A DNA stretch of 64,000 nucleotides from Nitrospirota bacterium. Its GTDB lineage: Bacteria; Nitrospirota; UBA9217. The translations under genes and the position numbers were made by a program. The notes beneath the pieces were generated by a model. The model saw only the letters and a program-made list of their open reading frames with translations. It was not told where the DNA came from and searched no databases. This document shows, piece after piece, positions 9,989 to 20,199 of the stretch; the stretch's first letter is position 1, and each line of letters opens with the position of its first letter. The stretch covers positions 405,597-469,596 of the forward strand of contig CAWJQQ010000002.1 in the NCBI GenBank assembly GCA_963845065.1. The letters run 5' to 3'.

Positions 9989-10273
9989 GCTCAACCTCAA
10001 GAAACGAAAGCTTTTAGCAGCATTCATTACAGTCCTACATGCTACTGCTGCTGTTTCTTGGGCGACGCCTGATGTAGCGCGGCACGACGTCATTTAATTA
10101 TTTTGTAGAAAGAAGTTCAAACAGGCAGTCACAGTGGAATACCGGCAATCTTGTTATCAGTATCAGTAGGGTGAGCCGCCTATAGGTCGAGTTCGATGGG
10201 AGGAGGGCTGATTCCTTGATAATTAACCGGACCGTTTGGCGGTTTTTGATGTTATAAATACATCACTAAAATA

Positions 10274-11597
10274 CAGTAATGTCCGGTTACGTTTTTGCAT
10301 GGAGAATGCCTTCTCCGGACATTTTATAGCAGTCACGGTCAGGCGGCACGTTCTCAAACTCAGTAGATTCATTTTTGATTTTGCAGCGTAGCTCTCTGAC
10401 CCTTTTTATACTGACTTTCTCATTGTGCTGTTCGTGGCAATAAATAGCGAGAAGCAGGTAGGTGATGAGGCCTCCCAGTATTTGGACCATGAGACCATGC
10501 TTGCTTCTTGCAATCAAGTGATAGACCTTCAAATGGCGTTTCCACCAGCCGAAGAAGGTTTCTATGTTCCATCGGAGCTTGTAAACCAGCGCTACCTCCT
10601 CGGCTGAAAGATCGTACCGATCGGTAGCAACCCAGTATTCTTTATTCGCGACACGATAGGCGACTACACGGAGTTCTTTTTCCGTTTGATTCACGCCTTT
10701 GGTCCCGAGCAGGACAACGGCGTCATAGAAAACAATGCTTCCTGGCTTAACGGTATTGGCCTTGATAATAGTAATCGTTGTGTTTTCTTTGATCCGGCAG
10801 ACAAAATATTTTCTCTCAATCTGCCACTGATCGAAGCTCTTATGCCGCTGATAGTAACGATCCAGAACACTGGTCTGACCCGGAGAAATAATCTGGCTTA
10901 CAAAAGGGCGTTCATCTCCTTTGCCGTGGGTCAAAAATATCTTCGTCGGAATACCACGATTGATATCGAAGCCTATATGCGTCTTGGCTTTTTTTGAGCC
11001 GCCCCGATAATCGGCCCAGTGCATGGAAAGGACTGCATCTATCAAAGATCCATCAACGGCGATAAGGTCGCCGAGATTGCCGTATTCAGTCGGAAGCAGC
11101 TTGGTGGCTTTGGCTTGGAGTGCCAAATATAATTCCATAAGTTGATCAAGGCCTCTTGAATTAATGGCCTCGAAAAAACTGCTTTTATTAATACCGGATT
11201 TCGGCGCAATCGTCTGTCGGGCAAAATCATCTTCCTTGAGGACTTGCAACAGGTGACGACCTGAAGTGTGTTCCTCAAGGTGAAAGTAAATGAGCGCATG
11301 AAGCTGATCTTCAAATTCCATTTGTAGCGGCCTGTTTCCTCGTGCCTTAAGTAGCGTGATGTCGCTTAACGGCGCTTCCAGCGGTTGAAGCAGAAGGCTG
11401 AATGATGGTCGTTTGCCTGATTTGTTCTTCGGATCGAGCACATAGGGCATTTTCGTAACTCCTTGCAGTTAAAGGTATTTACGAAAATTTTTTCTGTGCA
11501 CGTTTTTCTAAATGTCAAGTTAATAGCGACCGAACATTAGAATGTTATGCTTTTTTATTGTCTCCTTTGAATGCAATTTGCTAACCGGACAACGCTG
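10274..11597 (-). mobile_element. Complete IS4-family insertion sequence
   Basis: Terminal inverted repeats CAGTAATGTCCGGTTA / TAACCGGACAACGCTG and a 9-bp target duplication ACTAAAATA (10265-10273, 11598-11606). Confidence 0.92.
10287..11450 (-). CDS. IS4-family DDE transposase
   Basis: AVDGS, VLDRYY and YKLRWNIETFF (YREK-type signature). Confidence 0.93.
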   Translation of the reverse strand: MPYVLDPKNKSGKRPSFSLLLQPLEAPLSDITLLKARGNRPLQMEFEDQLHALIYFHLEEHTSGRHLLQVLKEDDFARQTIAPKSGINKSSFFEAINSRGLDQLMELYLALQAKATKLLPTEYGNLGDLIAVDGSLIDAVLSMHWADYRGGSKKAKTHIGFDINRGIPTKIFLTHGKGDERPFVSQIISPGQTSVLDRYYQRHKSFDQWQIERKYFVCRIKENTTITIIKANTVKPGSIVFYDAVVLLGTKGVNQTEKELRVVAYRVANKEYWVATDRYDLSAEEVALVYKLRWNIETFFGWWKRHLKVYHLIARSKHGLMVQILGGLITYLLLAIYCHEQHNEKVSIKRVRELRCKIKNESTEFENVPPDRDCYKMSGEGILHAKT

Positions 11598-12091
11598 ACT
11601 AAAATAGAGCTTAAAATTAAAACCCGAATAGCACTTGACAGAACGCTATTCATAGGAAAGAAGTGAATTACGAAGCTGTTGCATTATTGATAAAAATGAA
11701 GGATCTTGGTTAACGAAAAATAAGATAAAAATTTTTCAAATATAATTTTTGTTTCAGTTCTATGAAACATAGAATTTAAACAATAAAATACCCCCTAGGC
11801 TAATAGACTTGCTAAATCTTTGTGATATACACGGCGAGTATTCAAGAGCTGTTATGATGAAATGCTGTTCTACGAAATTTTTAGGCAGATTATTCGTAGC
11901 TTGGTTAGTTAACGAATGGATTATCTGACACCGGTAAGAGCGGGTCCGACAGTACAATTAATAACTATAGGCAGAAGGGAATTATGAATAAGTCGAGATC
12001 AGGGTTGACAGTCATGCTGATCGGGAACTTCAGAGGAATCTAGACCAGAAAGCCACTGCTTTAACAAGACTACGTACTTGCCCCTGACATC

Positions 12092-12520
12092 CTATTTACA
12101 GGCAAAGGGAGCTTTCCGGTCCTTTGATGCGAATCGCGAATAATGCGGGGATGTGAAAATATCCATCAGCATATGCCTGCTGACCACACCCACATACTTG
12201 TTGTCCTTTACGACCGTAATCACAGAACAGCAGCTTTTCAGGAGTAAATTAATGAGCTCGTTTATAGGTGTGTCTGCATCAGCTATAATCGGAGCCGATA
12301 CCATGATCGCTGATGCATTGATCTCCTCCAGGTTTTTCTCTTCCTTAATCGCATCCAAAATTGCATTCTCCGCTACCACACCAAGGATCTCCCGGTTATC
12401 ATCCACCACCGGCATTGCAGCGAGACCGGATGAAATGATCTTCATCGCGACTTCCCGCGCTGTTGTATTGGGTGCGACGCTAATCTTCTCCCGCATGACA
12501 TGCCAAGCACTGATTCCCAT
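12092..12520 (-). CDS. CBS-pair domain protein
   Basis: Two CBS repeats (MPVVDDNREILGVV, TVVKDNKYVGVVS), with GGAGG upstream. Confidence 0.85.
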   Translation of the reverse strand: MGISAWHVMREKISVAPNTTAREVAMKIISSGLAAMPVVDDNREILGVVAENAILDAIKEEKNLEEINASAIMVSAPIIADADTPINELINLLLKSCCSVITVVKDNKYVGVVSRHMLMDIFTSPHYSRFASKDRKAPFACK

Positions 12521-13028
12521 TGTTATCCCCTCCGTTTTAACTCATCGGTTTTTTTTATTATACTACAGTTACCTCTTTCTTCCAATGTATTATTAAGTAC
12601 GATTTCAAACACCACTCCCTCGACTGAATAATTTAGAGCTCCAATACACATCGAAAGCACTCTACAATGCATCTGTGCTCGACTGGAAAAGTTCACGAAT
12701 ACTGATCGTGATTTTACATAGGATTAGTAACATCGCGTCTAACCCTATCCGGTTATTCCTTTGTCCTTTCCGGTAACGATATGATGACAGTTGCAAGGAA
12801 ATGAAATATCACTTCCCTTGTCTTATATCCATCCTCAGGAAATAGCTCAGCATCGTACGAAAGCCAACAATGGAGGCATGAATACATGCCTTATTCAAGT
12901 AAGCCGCTCCGCGGCAGAAGAGCAAAGCATCCATCCTGCGTCCATCCCACCTTGTCTGATATTTCCTGAATAATCTCCGTGTTACCATACATCTCCAATG
13001 CAGTTCAATCTTGTAGCACAAGGAGAGT

Positions 13029-13904
13029 ATGGTCATGGAAAACTGGTACGAGAAGTCCAAAGAAGCCCTGCAACTGAGCGGTAAGGGCGACACAACGCAA
13101 GAAAGTTACACACGCGCAGTCCGATTACTCATTGAGCATTTCGGCAACAAAACCCCCGATCTCATCACCGAAGAAGAGCTTCAGGAATACTTCCTCCATT
13201 GCAGGAACGTTCGCAAGTGGGCGCCCAAAACCATGGCTGTCTGCTATGCCGGCATCCGCTTTTTCTTTGAGAACGTCCTGCGCCGTGACTGGCATATCCT
13301 GAGCATCATTCGGGCGCAAACTGAACACCGGCTTCCGACTGTGCTTAGTATCGAAGAGGTACGCGCCACCCTTTCCCGCGTCACGTCTCCTCGCAACCAC
13401 GCCTTCCTCTCCACAGTCTATTCCTGCGGCCTTCGGCTCCAGGAAGCGCTACACCTCGAAGTCCCGGACATCGATAAACACCGTATGATGATCCATATCC
13501 ACCGGGGGAAAGGCGCTAAAGACCGTTATGTTCCGCTTCCCCGTACGACGTATGCTCTTTTGCGGAAGCATTGGGCCACTCACAAAAACCCCCGATTGAT
13601 TTTTCCCTCACGGGGCATATACAAAGATGGCTCGGACATTCGGAAACCGGTTTCATACAGTACGGTGCAGGCGGCGCTTCAGAACGCGGTACGCGCAGCG
13701 GGTATTCAGAAACGCAACGTCTCCATCCACACGCTTCGCCACGCCTATGCTACTCACCTGCTCGAAGCCGGCGTGAATCTGAGCGTCATCCAGCAGTATA
13801 TGGGCCACTCCAGCCTTGAGACCACGATGATTTACCTACATTTGACCACCAAGGGTCAGGAAGACGCTTACAAAATCATCGACCAGCTCATGACGGGGTT
13901 TTGA
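13029..13904 (+). CDS. Site-specific tyrosine recombinase/integrase
   Basis: YSCGLRLQE, GKGAKDR, HTLRH, MGH and TTMIYLH catalytic motifs. Confidence 0.95.
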   Translation: MVMENWYEKSKEALQLSGKGDTTQESYTRAVRLLIEHFGNKTPDLITEEELQEYFLHCRNVRKWAPKTMAVCYAGIRFFFENVLRRDWHILSIIRAQTEHRLPTVLSIEEVRATLSRVTSPRNHAFLSTVYSCGLRLQEALHLEVPDIDKHRMMIHIHRGKGAKDRYVPLPRTTYALLRKHWATHKNPRLIFPSRGIYKDGSDIRKPVSYSTVQAALQNAVRAAGIQKRNVSIHTLRHAYATHLLEAGVNLSVIQQYMGHSSLETTMIYLHLTTKGQEDAYKIIDQLMTGF

Positions 13905-14998
13905 CCATGGACACGATCAATGAGATTTTCCGCACCTATGCCCCGGAGTACGTGTCACGGTTTGGCGAAGCGATTCCTCTGGAACATCGCAAGGCAATAG
14001 ACGCAATTATCAACTGCCGCACTCCAGCTTGTGGGACGACCTGGTTCCGTTGCGAAGACTGCGGGAAAGACCATGCCATCCATCGTTCTTGCGGCAACCG
14101 TCACTGCCCGACCTGCCAGTATCATAAGAGCCGACAGTGGCTCGAAAAACAGATTGATCGGCGGATGCCAGGACATCACTTCATGATCACGTTCACGGTG
14201 CCCGAGCAGATTCGTCGGTTCATCAGAGGCAATCAACGAGCAGCTTATGCTGCCTTGTTTTCTGCTTCTTCAGCGGCTATGAAAAAGCTGGTTCTCGACC
14301 CCAAGTTCATGGGCGGCGATCTGCCGGGCTTCTTCGGGGTCCTGCACACATGGGGCAGAACACTGGAGTTTCACCCCCATGTCCACTATATCGTCGTAGG
14401 TGGGGCGTTTTCGTCCGAGGATAAAACATGGAAACCGTCAGGAACCGGTTTCTATGTGCCGGTCCAAGCGCTATCTCCCATTTTCCGGGCGAAGTTCAAG
14501 GATGAGATGAAAAAAGCAGGCCTTTTTGATCAAATCCCCGAAGAGGTCTGGCGCATCGACTGGAACGTGAACTCGCAAGCCGTGGGCGACAGCGAAGGGA
14601 GTCTCAAGTATCTTGCCCCCTATGTCTTTCGGGTAGCCTTGTCCAACAGCCGGATCGTGAAAGTCAAGAATCGTCAGATCTTCATTCATTACAAAAAGAC
14701 CAATAGCAATCGCTGGAGAACGCTGGAACTTGAGGTGATGGAATTTATGCGTCGCTTCCTCCAGCACGTTCTACCGACGGGGTTCATGAAGGTGCGATAT
14801 TACGGCTTCTTAAGCCCGACCTGCAAAGTCCCGCTTGAGAACATCAGGACGCTGATTGAGCTGGCTTATGGATTTGAGGTGACGATGTCTGAAGTCGAAC
14901 AGACGCCCCCAATGCCTCATCCAACATGCGGGTGCTGCGGTGGCTTTCTCAAAGTGATTTCGATTTCTCCGCCGCAGCACCTGGCACGCGCCGGATAG
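13901..14998 (+). CDS. IS91-family (Y2) transposase with N-terminal zinc-binding domain
   Basis: CEDC..SCGNRHCPTC, HTWG..HPHVH (HUH) and YLAPY (YxxxY). Confidence 0.93.
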   Translation: MTMDTINEIFRTYAPEYVSRFGEAIPLEHRKAIDAIINCRTPACGTTWFRCEDCGKDHAIHRSCGNRHCPTCQYHKSRQWLEKQIDRRMPGHHFMITFTVPEQIRRFIRGNQRAAYAALFSASSAAMKKLVLDPKFMGGDLPGFFGVLHTWGRTLEFHPHVHYIVVGGAFSSEDKTWKPSGTGFYVPVQALSPIFRAKFKDEMKKAGLFDQIPEEVWRIDWNVNSQAVGDSEGSLKYLAPYVFRVALSNSRIVKVKNRQIFIHYKKTNSNRWRTLELEVMEFMRRFLQHVLPTGFMKVRYYGFLSPTCKVPLENIRTLIELAYGFEVTMSEVEQTPPMPHPTCGCCGGFLKVISISPPQHLARAG

Positions 14999-15916
14999 CA
15001 TCCGACGATTTTGATTCACCACGTGTTTCTCGTGTAAGATCCCGCAGGCATCATCTGCGGGTCAACGCTCCCGTTCGGCCGCGCGAGCGGATCAGGCGAT
15101 GATTTCTGCGTGTGAGTATAATGGGAATCACGTTTGTTTTTTTATAATCAGACCGACACGAGCTCTCACTCTCCATAAACTGCCCATTCAGGCTTTAACC
15201 AAAAACGACCCCTCGAAGCATTACCCTATATATAGAGACTATCGGTCATCATCCTGCCGCTCCGGGCTTCTTGAATTATGGATTGAGTACGACGTGAAGA
15301 TGTCGTCACAATCCTTATTGATTCTAACTCAGGTTCACTGCAGAGCTGATGATATCAGCAGCGATAAAAATTTCCAGGCCCAGAAAAAGATGAGCTCCAA
15401 GACGCTGTAGAATGGATTTGCTCACGGTAACTGTGTCTTGTCTCGCAGAGAAAATTTAATGGAACCAGACAAAATAGTGCAAATCCTTACACTCGCACGC
15501 AAAGCCGGTCTGGATCGTCTTGACAATTCTGTTGACAAAGCAATGGGCAATCTCTATACTTATGCCAAATTAACTAGTGAAAGATTTACTTCCCTCTCGA
15601 CACGAAAGCATTCGATCTTAAGATAGATATCTTAAGCTTAACGATAAATATCAGTAATTTTATGTTAGTGAAGTGCATCGTGTTCCCTCGTCATACGTCT
15701 GAAATTCTGAATATGATATATCGTTGCATTCATATTTTACTTGGACCTCTTGCATCCTGCGCAGTCTTACCTCGAGCATCGCATTACAATAGTGATTAAA
15801 GGCTATGAAACTACTCCACGTACCATCGAAGTACGGTTATCGCCTCTATAGTTTAGCTGTATAGAAACAATAAAGTATTGAAACATTAATATTAAACAGG
15901 TCGAAAGGAGAACGTT

Positions 15917-17188
15917 ATGAAAAAAAGTATTGGTAATATGTTGTGTGCGTTCGTTTTTGGGATCGCGGCTGTACTGATGTCAACAGCGGCTTCGGCAACA
16001 AACGGCTACTTTTCCAACAGCTATGGTGTGATTGATCAGGCGTTAGCCGGCGCTGGCGTTGCTTTGCCGCAGGATACCCTTGACGCGGCCGTCAATCCAG
16101 CTAATATGGCATTCATCGGTCATCGCTATGATTTTGGCTTATCCTTCTTCAATCCGAACAGGCAGTATAGCGTGACTGGTAATCCTTCCGGCTTTCCCGG
16201 TACCTTCGGTTTGGCGCCGGGAACTGTCAAAAGCAACACTAATTGGTTCATAATTCCATCATTGGGTGCAAACTGGATGTTGAATTCCTATAGTTCAGTT
16301 GGCGTGTCGATATTCGGAAACGGCGGTATGAACACAAATTACCCGACAGATACGTTCGGTGGTACTTCGCCGACAGGCGTAAATCTCCAGCAGTTATTTG
16401 TCGCCCCCACGTACGCAATAAAACTGGTTCCTCAGCAAGCGATAGGTATTACCCCGATCCTGGCGTATCAGCAATTTCAGGCAAAAGGACTTCAGGCATT
16501 CGGTGGTTTTTCCAACGATCCTAGTAGCCTCACCAATACTGGCTACGATAATTCTTACGGCTATGGTGTAAAGATCGGATACCAGGGCGAAATAGTGCCG
16601 CGCCTGAATGTGGGCGTTTCGTACCAGAGCAGGATATACATGAGTAAATTTAATAAGTACTCGGGCTTGTTTGCCGAGGGGGGTGCTTTCGATATCCCTT
16701 CGAATTGGACCATCGGTCTGGCATATAAAGCCACTCCTGCACTAGCCATTTTATTTGATGTTCAGCGCATCAACTATAGTGAAATCAAATCCATCAATAA
16801 TCCGATGCTACCTAACCTCCAAACCAGTCAACTGGGTGATAGTAATGGGCCCGGCTTCGGCTGGCAAGATATGACGATCTACAAGTTAGGGGTACAGTGG
16901 AAGAGCAGCGACCAGTGGACCTGGCGGGCAGGTTACTCTCTAGGGACGCAGCCCATACCGGATAGTGAAGTGCTTTTTAATATATTGGCCCCCGGCGTCA
17001 TAACACAGCAGGCCAGCGTTGGTTTCACAACAGCGGTGAACAGCAGTCAGGATCTGAATTTTGCGCTCACCCGTGCTTTCCCGACCAGCGTCAACGGCGC
17101 AAATCCATTAGAGGCTCCTGGCCAGCAGACCATCCAGCTGAAGATGGATCAGTGGCAGATAGCGGCAAGTTACTCATGGAAGTACTGA
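15917..17188 (+). CDS. FadL/TodX/OmpP1-family outer membrane transporter
   Basis: Signal peptide, hatch region ATNGYF..ALAGAG..NPAN, beta-strand periodicity and C-terminal aromatic residue (YSWKY). Confidence 0.88.
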   Translation: MKKSIGNMLCAFVFGIAAVLMSTAASATNGYFSNSYGVIDQALAGAGVALPQDTLDAAVNPANMAFIGHRYDFGLSFFNPNRQYSVTGNPSGFPGTFGLAPGTVKSNTNWFIIPSLGANWMLNSYSSVGVSIFGNGGMNTNYPTDTFGGTSPTGVNLQQLFVAPTYAIKLVPQQAIGITPILAYQQFQAKGLQAFGGFSNDPSSLTNTGYDNSYGYGVKIGYQGEIVPRLNVGVSYQSRIYMSKFNKYSGLFAEGGAFDIPSNWTIGLAYKATPALAILFDVQRINYSEIKSINNPMLPNLQTSQLGDSNGPGFGWQDMTIYKLGVQWKSSDQWTWRAGYSLGTQPIPDSEVLFNILAPGVITQQASVGFTTAVNSSQDLNFALTRAFPTSVNGANPLEAPGQQTIQLKMDQWQIAASYSWKY

Positions 17189-17224
17189 TCGAACCATGAT
17201 CGTTACGTACGCGGGAAGCCAGGC

Positions 17225-17572
17225 TATAGTGACCGATTGGTAGCTGGGACAACGCTATGAGAAACTTCAGATTAATTTTAGGCTAATAGAGCGGCGGCTA
17301 ATCCTTTTAGCGCAGCAGGGACTTGATGGGTCCCAGATCCACACAACAGAACATGGGAGGGCCAGAACGTGTCCATGCTCGATGCAGCTGGTCAGGTTAC
17401 CAAGGAATTTATAGCTCGCATCTGGACAAACTTTGCTAAGAACCAGTTTCCCGATGCGAACATGAACAAGCGCTTCCCAACGATCATCAAGGACCACTAT
17501 AAGATCGGCGCGGGTTATATGATCACCAAGATCTCAAGCGTGGATGCATCATTTGAATACGTTTCTAAGTAG
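17225..17572 (+). pseudogene. Degraded C-terminal fragment of a second FadL-family porin
   Basis: WDNAMRNFRLI../WEGQNVSML..ARIWTNFAKNQFPD..FPTIIKDHYKIGAGY..SSVDASFEY parallels the FadL C-terminal pattern W.DQ..LRAG.N...P.PD..FPAI...H...G.GY. Confidence 0.55.
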
Positions 17573-17674
17573 GACAGAAAACGGCCAAGGCGTGACGCAC
17601 AATCAGTCCAAAGTTCAGATCATGAACAGCTATCGTTCCTAAATCCGTCAATCCAGAGCCGTTCGGAAACGGCA

Positions 17675-17720
17675 CTCATCCCCAGGCCGAGGGCTCATCA
17701 CCCCCGGCATTTTTTTTCTT
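17675..17720 (+). terminator. Putative intrinsic terminator
   Basis: GCCGAGGG..CCCCCGGC stem followed by a T8 run. Confidence 0.5.
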
Positions 17721-17822
17721 ACACTGTACTGCCCGCTTTTTTTGCATCGATCAAGCATTGTTATTATTTTTCTGAGTCGAGAAGCGGTCCTACAATAAAC
17801 CCATTGCGGAAAGGTAGAAAAT

Positions 17823-18167
17823 ATGATGACAGGGCTGCTGGCGTTCCTGCTCATGGGCTTCTTGCTTGGGGTGGCCGGCGCAAATGAAGCGCTTTTGAAG
17901 CCGTTTGTTCTTGGAACCCGAGGTCCCGGTTCAGTGGTGGAAAAAGTTGCTGAGGTGATGGCTGCTCTCGCATCGCAGGGATTCACCATAGTAGGAGAGT
18001 ACACTCCTTATCCTCAAGCAGCGATAATCGTTGCGACTCATGACGAACTGAAGAGCAATGCTGCCAAATCAGAACACGGCGGGTTTGGAGCATCAGTCCG
18101 CGTATCGGTCACCCAGGTCAAAGACGAAGTCCAAGTGGCATACACCAATCCTGTTTATAAGCACTGA
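17823..18167 (+). pseudogene. Exported hypothetical protein, 3'-truncated at an IS607 remnant
   Basis: Signal-peptide-like N-terminus. The ORF ends two codons after AYTNPVY, where low-GC antisense tnpB-like sequence begins. Confidence 0.6.
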
Positions 18168-18500
18168 GCAGAGATTTAATAGGCTTGATATCGTAGTTTT
18201 TATCAAAAGCTCCTTGCTTGTGAAATATTATCCATTGCTCGGACGTTATCAAAGCAGCAAGCTGACGGTATGACTTAACCGCCTTTACAACTTCTTTTAC
18301 TTTACCAGGATTGGCAAAATGCTTAAGCTCATATGCCTTAATCATTCTTATACTCCTGCAAAATTTTGGATGATTAAATTTACCGGCACGATAATAATTC
18401 CACGCAGTTTTGTATGTAACACTATTTTTTGCATAAACATATAGCTTTGTTTAGTATATATTAGCACAAAAATATACATATTTTAATATATCAACTGAAG
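18151..18500 (-). mobile_element. IS607-family remnant (internally deleted tnpA HTH plus 5' fragment of tnpB)
   Basis: Minus strand YAKNSVTYKTAWNYYRAGK (IS607 TnpA HTH pattern, ~18390-18440), then AGGAG and MIKAYELKHFANPGK..EQW..F..FDKN..LSAYKQ (18345-18151). Confidence 0.65.
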
Positions 18501-18665
18501 ATTATTGATACCACATCGTCCAAACAGCCTTGAACTTAAGTTGCATTAAAACCCACGACCGTTATGGTCACTCTTTTGTAGCAAATCCTTCTCCTCCCAT
18601 TTTAATGTAGTATAATTGTAATTAGATCTTTAGATTTTCAGAAACTTCATACTGGGAGGTAACCA

Positions 18666-20132
18666 ATGAAAGTAAAGAGGAAATATATTGCTCTCCTCAG
18701 CAAGTGTCTTGCTTTATCCGTAATTGTTATACTAACAGTAAGTTTTTCTACAGCCAATATCGCTTCAGCCAGGGAAAAGGTCATATCTCAGGAATCTATA
18801 AAAACGCTCAGCAGGCTAAGCGAAGCCCTGTCTGATGTCGCTGAGGCAGTACGCCCCGCGGTCGTGAACATATCAACGACCTCAATCGAGACAATGGAGA
18901 ATCAACCCTTAGGCGACATGTTCAACGACCCTTTTTTTAGACACTTTTTCGGCGACCAGTTTGGCGGCGGACATCCGGGGCAGAAACGAACATATAAATC
19001 ATCGGCCCTCGGCTCCGGTGTAATCGTATCCGAGAATGGCTATATTTTGACGAACAATCACGTTGTTAAGGGTGCGGAAGAGATCAAGGTCATCCTTTAT
19101 GATAAGCGTGAATTCAAAGGCAAGGTCGTCGGCACTGATCCACGAACGGATCTTGCCGTGATAAAGATCAACGCGAAAAACCTGCCAACTCTTTCCTTTG
19201 GTGATTCCGGCAAATTGAAGACCGGCGATATCGTGCTGGCGGTCGGCAATCCCTTTGGCCTTAACCAGACCATCACCATGGGGATCGTGAGCGCTGTGGG
19301 CAGATCGAATATCGGACTCGCCGATTTCGAAGATTTCATCCAGACCGATGCTGCAATCAACCCGGGCAACTCCGGCGGCGCGCTGGTGAATGGCAGCGGG
19401 GAACTCGTGGGGATCAATACGGCGATTTTCTCGACCAGCGGAGGTTACATGGGCATTGGATTCGCCATTCCGTCGGACATGGCGAAAACGGTCATGGACA
19501 GCATCATTAAGTACGGCAAGGTAATCCGCGGGTGGCTCGGCGTAAGCATTCAGAACCTTACACCTGAACTAGCAAAATCGTTGGGAATCAAGGAAACAGA
19601 AGGAGCATTGATATCGGGCATCGAAAGCAACAGCCCTGCCGACAAAGCAGGCTTCAAGCGGGGCGACCTTATCACTGAAATGAATGGTAAAAAGATTGCT
19701 GATGTTACAAGCCTTCGCAACATGGTCGCTGTAACAGCACCGGGCACACGAGTAGATTTTAAGATCATCAGAAACAATAAGGAAGAGTCGATTACGGCGA
19801 CGCTCGGCGAATATAAAGAAAAACAGATAATAAAGAAGACGGAGTACGAAAACGCGCTTAAGGGGGTAACGGTCCAGGAGCTCACGTCGAGCCTGCGGGA
19901 CAAGCTGAACCTGCCTCAGGGTATCGTCGGTGTTGTGGTCACCGATGTCAGCTCAGACAGTCCTGCCCAGGGGTTGCTGCAGGGGAATGACGTGATACAG
20001 GAGGTGGACCGCAAACCGATTCGGAGTGCGCAGGAGTACGAAGAGATCGTTTCGAAGATAGGTAATCACGACACAGTTCTCCTATTGATCTACCGGGACG
20101 GTGGGTCGATCTATCTCACGATACAGCAGTAA
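18666..20132 (+). CDS. degP: Do/DegP/DegQ (HtrA) serine endoprotease with two PDZ domains
   Basis: TNNHVV, TDLAVIK and TDAAINPGNSGG catalytic triad motifs, plus two PDZ repeats. Confidence 0.93.
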   Translation: MKVKRKYIALLSKCLALSVIVILTVSFSTANIASAREKVISQESIKTLSRLSEALSDVAEAVRPAVVNISTTSIETMENQPLGDMFNDPFFRHFFGDQFGGGHPGQKRTYKSSALGSGVIVSENGYILTNNHVVKGAEEIKVILYDKREFKGKVVGTDPRTDLAVIKINAKNLPTLSFGDSGKLKTGDIVLAVGNPFGLNQTITMGIVSAVGRSNIGLADFEDFIQTDAAINPGNSGGALVNGSGELVGINTAIFSTSGGYMGIGFAIPSDMAKTVMDSIIKYGKVIRGWLGVSIQNLTPELAKSLGIKETEGALISGIESNSPADKAGFKRGDLITEMNGKKIADVTSLRNMVAVTAPGTRVDFKIIRNNKEESITATLGEYKEKQIIKKTEYENALKGVTVQELTSSLRDKLNLPQGIVGVVVTDVSSDSPAQGLLQGNDVIQEVDRKPIRSAQEYEEIVSKIGNHDTVLLLIYRDGGSIYLTIQQ

Positions 20133-20199
20133 GAAATGTAATTATTGTTCTTGCCACTTGAAGATTGAGGGGGCTGAAATAAGTCCGAAAGGAGCTAGG

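Larger units (their letters stand above)
12980..15275 (+). mobile_element. IS91-like element carrying a tyrosine recombinase plus a Y2 HUH transposase (ends approximate)
   Basis: Coupled integrase and transposase genes followed by about 270 bp of structured non-coding tail ending near CCGCTCCGGGCTTCTTGAA. No TIR or TSD seen, as expected for IS91. Confidence 0.7.

Noticed and set aside
10170-10212. GAGCCG...GTTCGATGGGAGGAGGG as a group II intron domain V/VI
   Set aside because: The domain V stem cannot be formed and there is no reverse transcriptase remnant.
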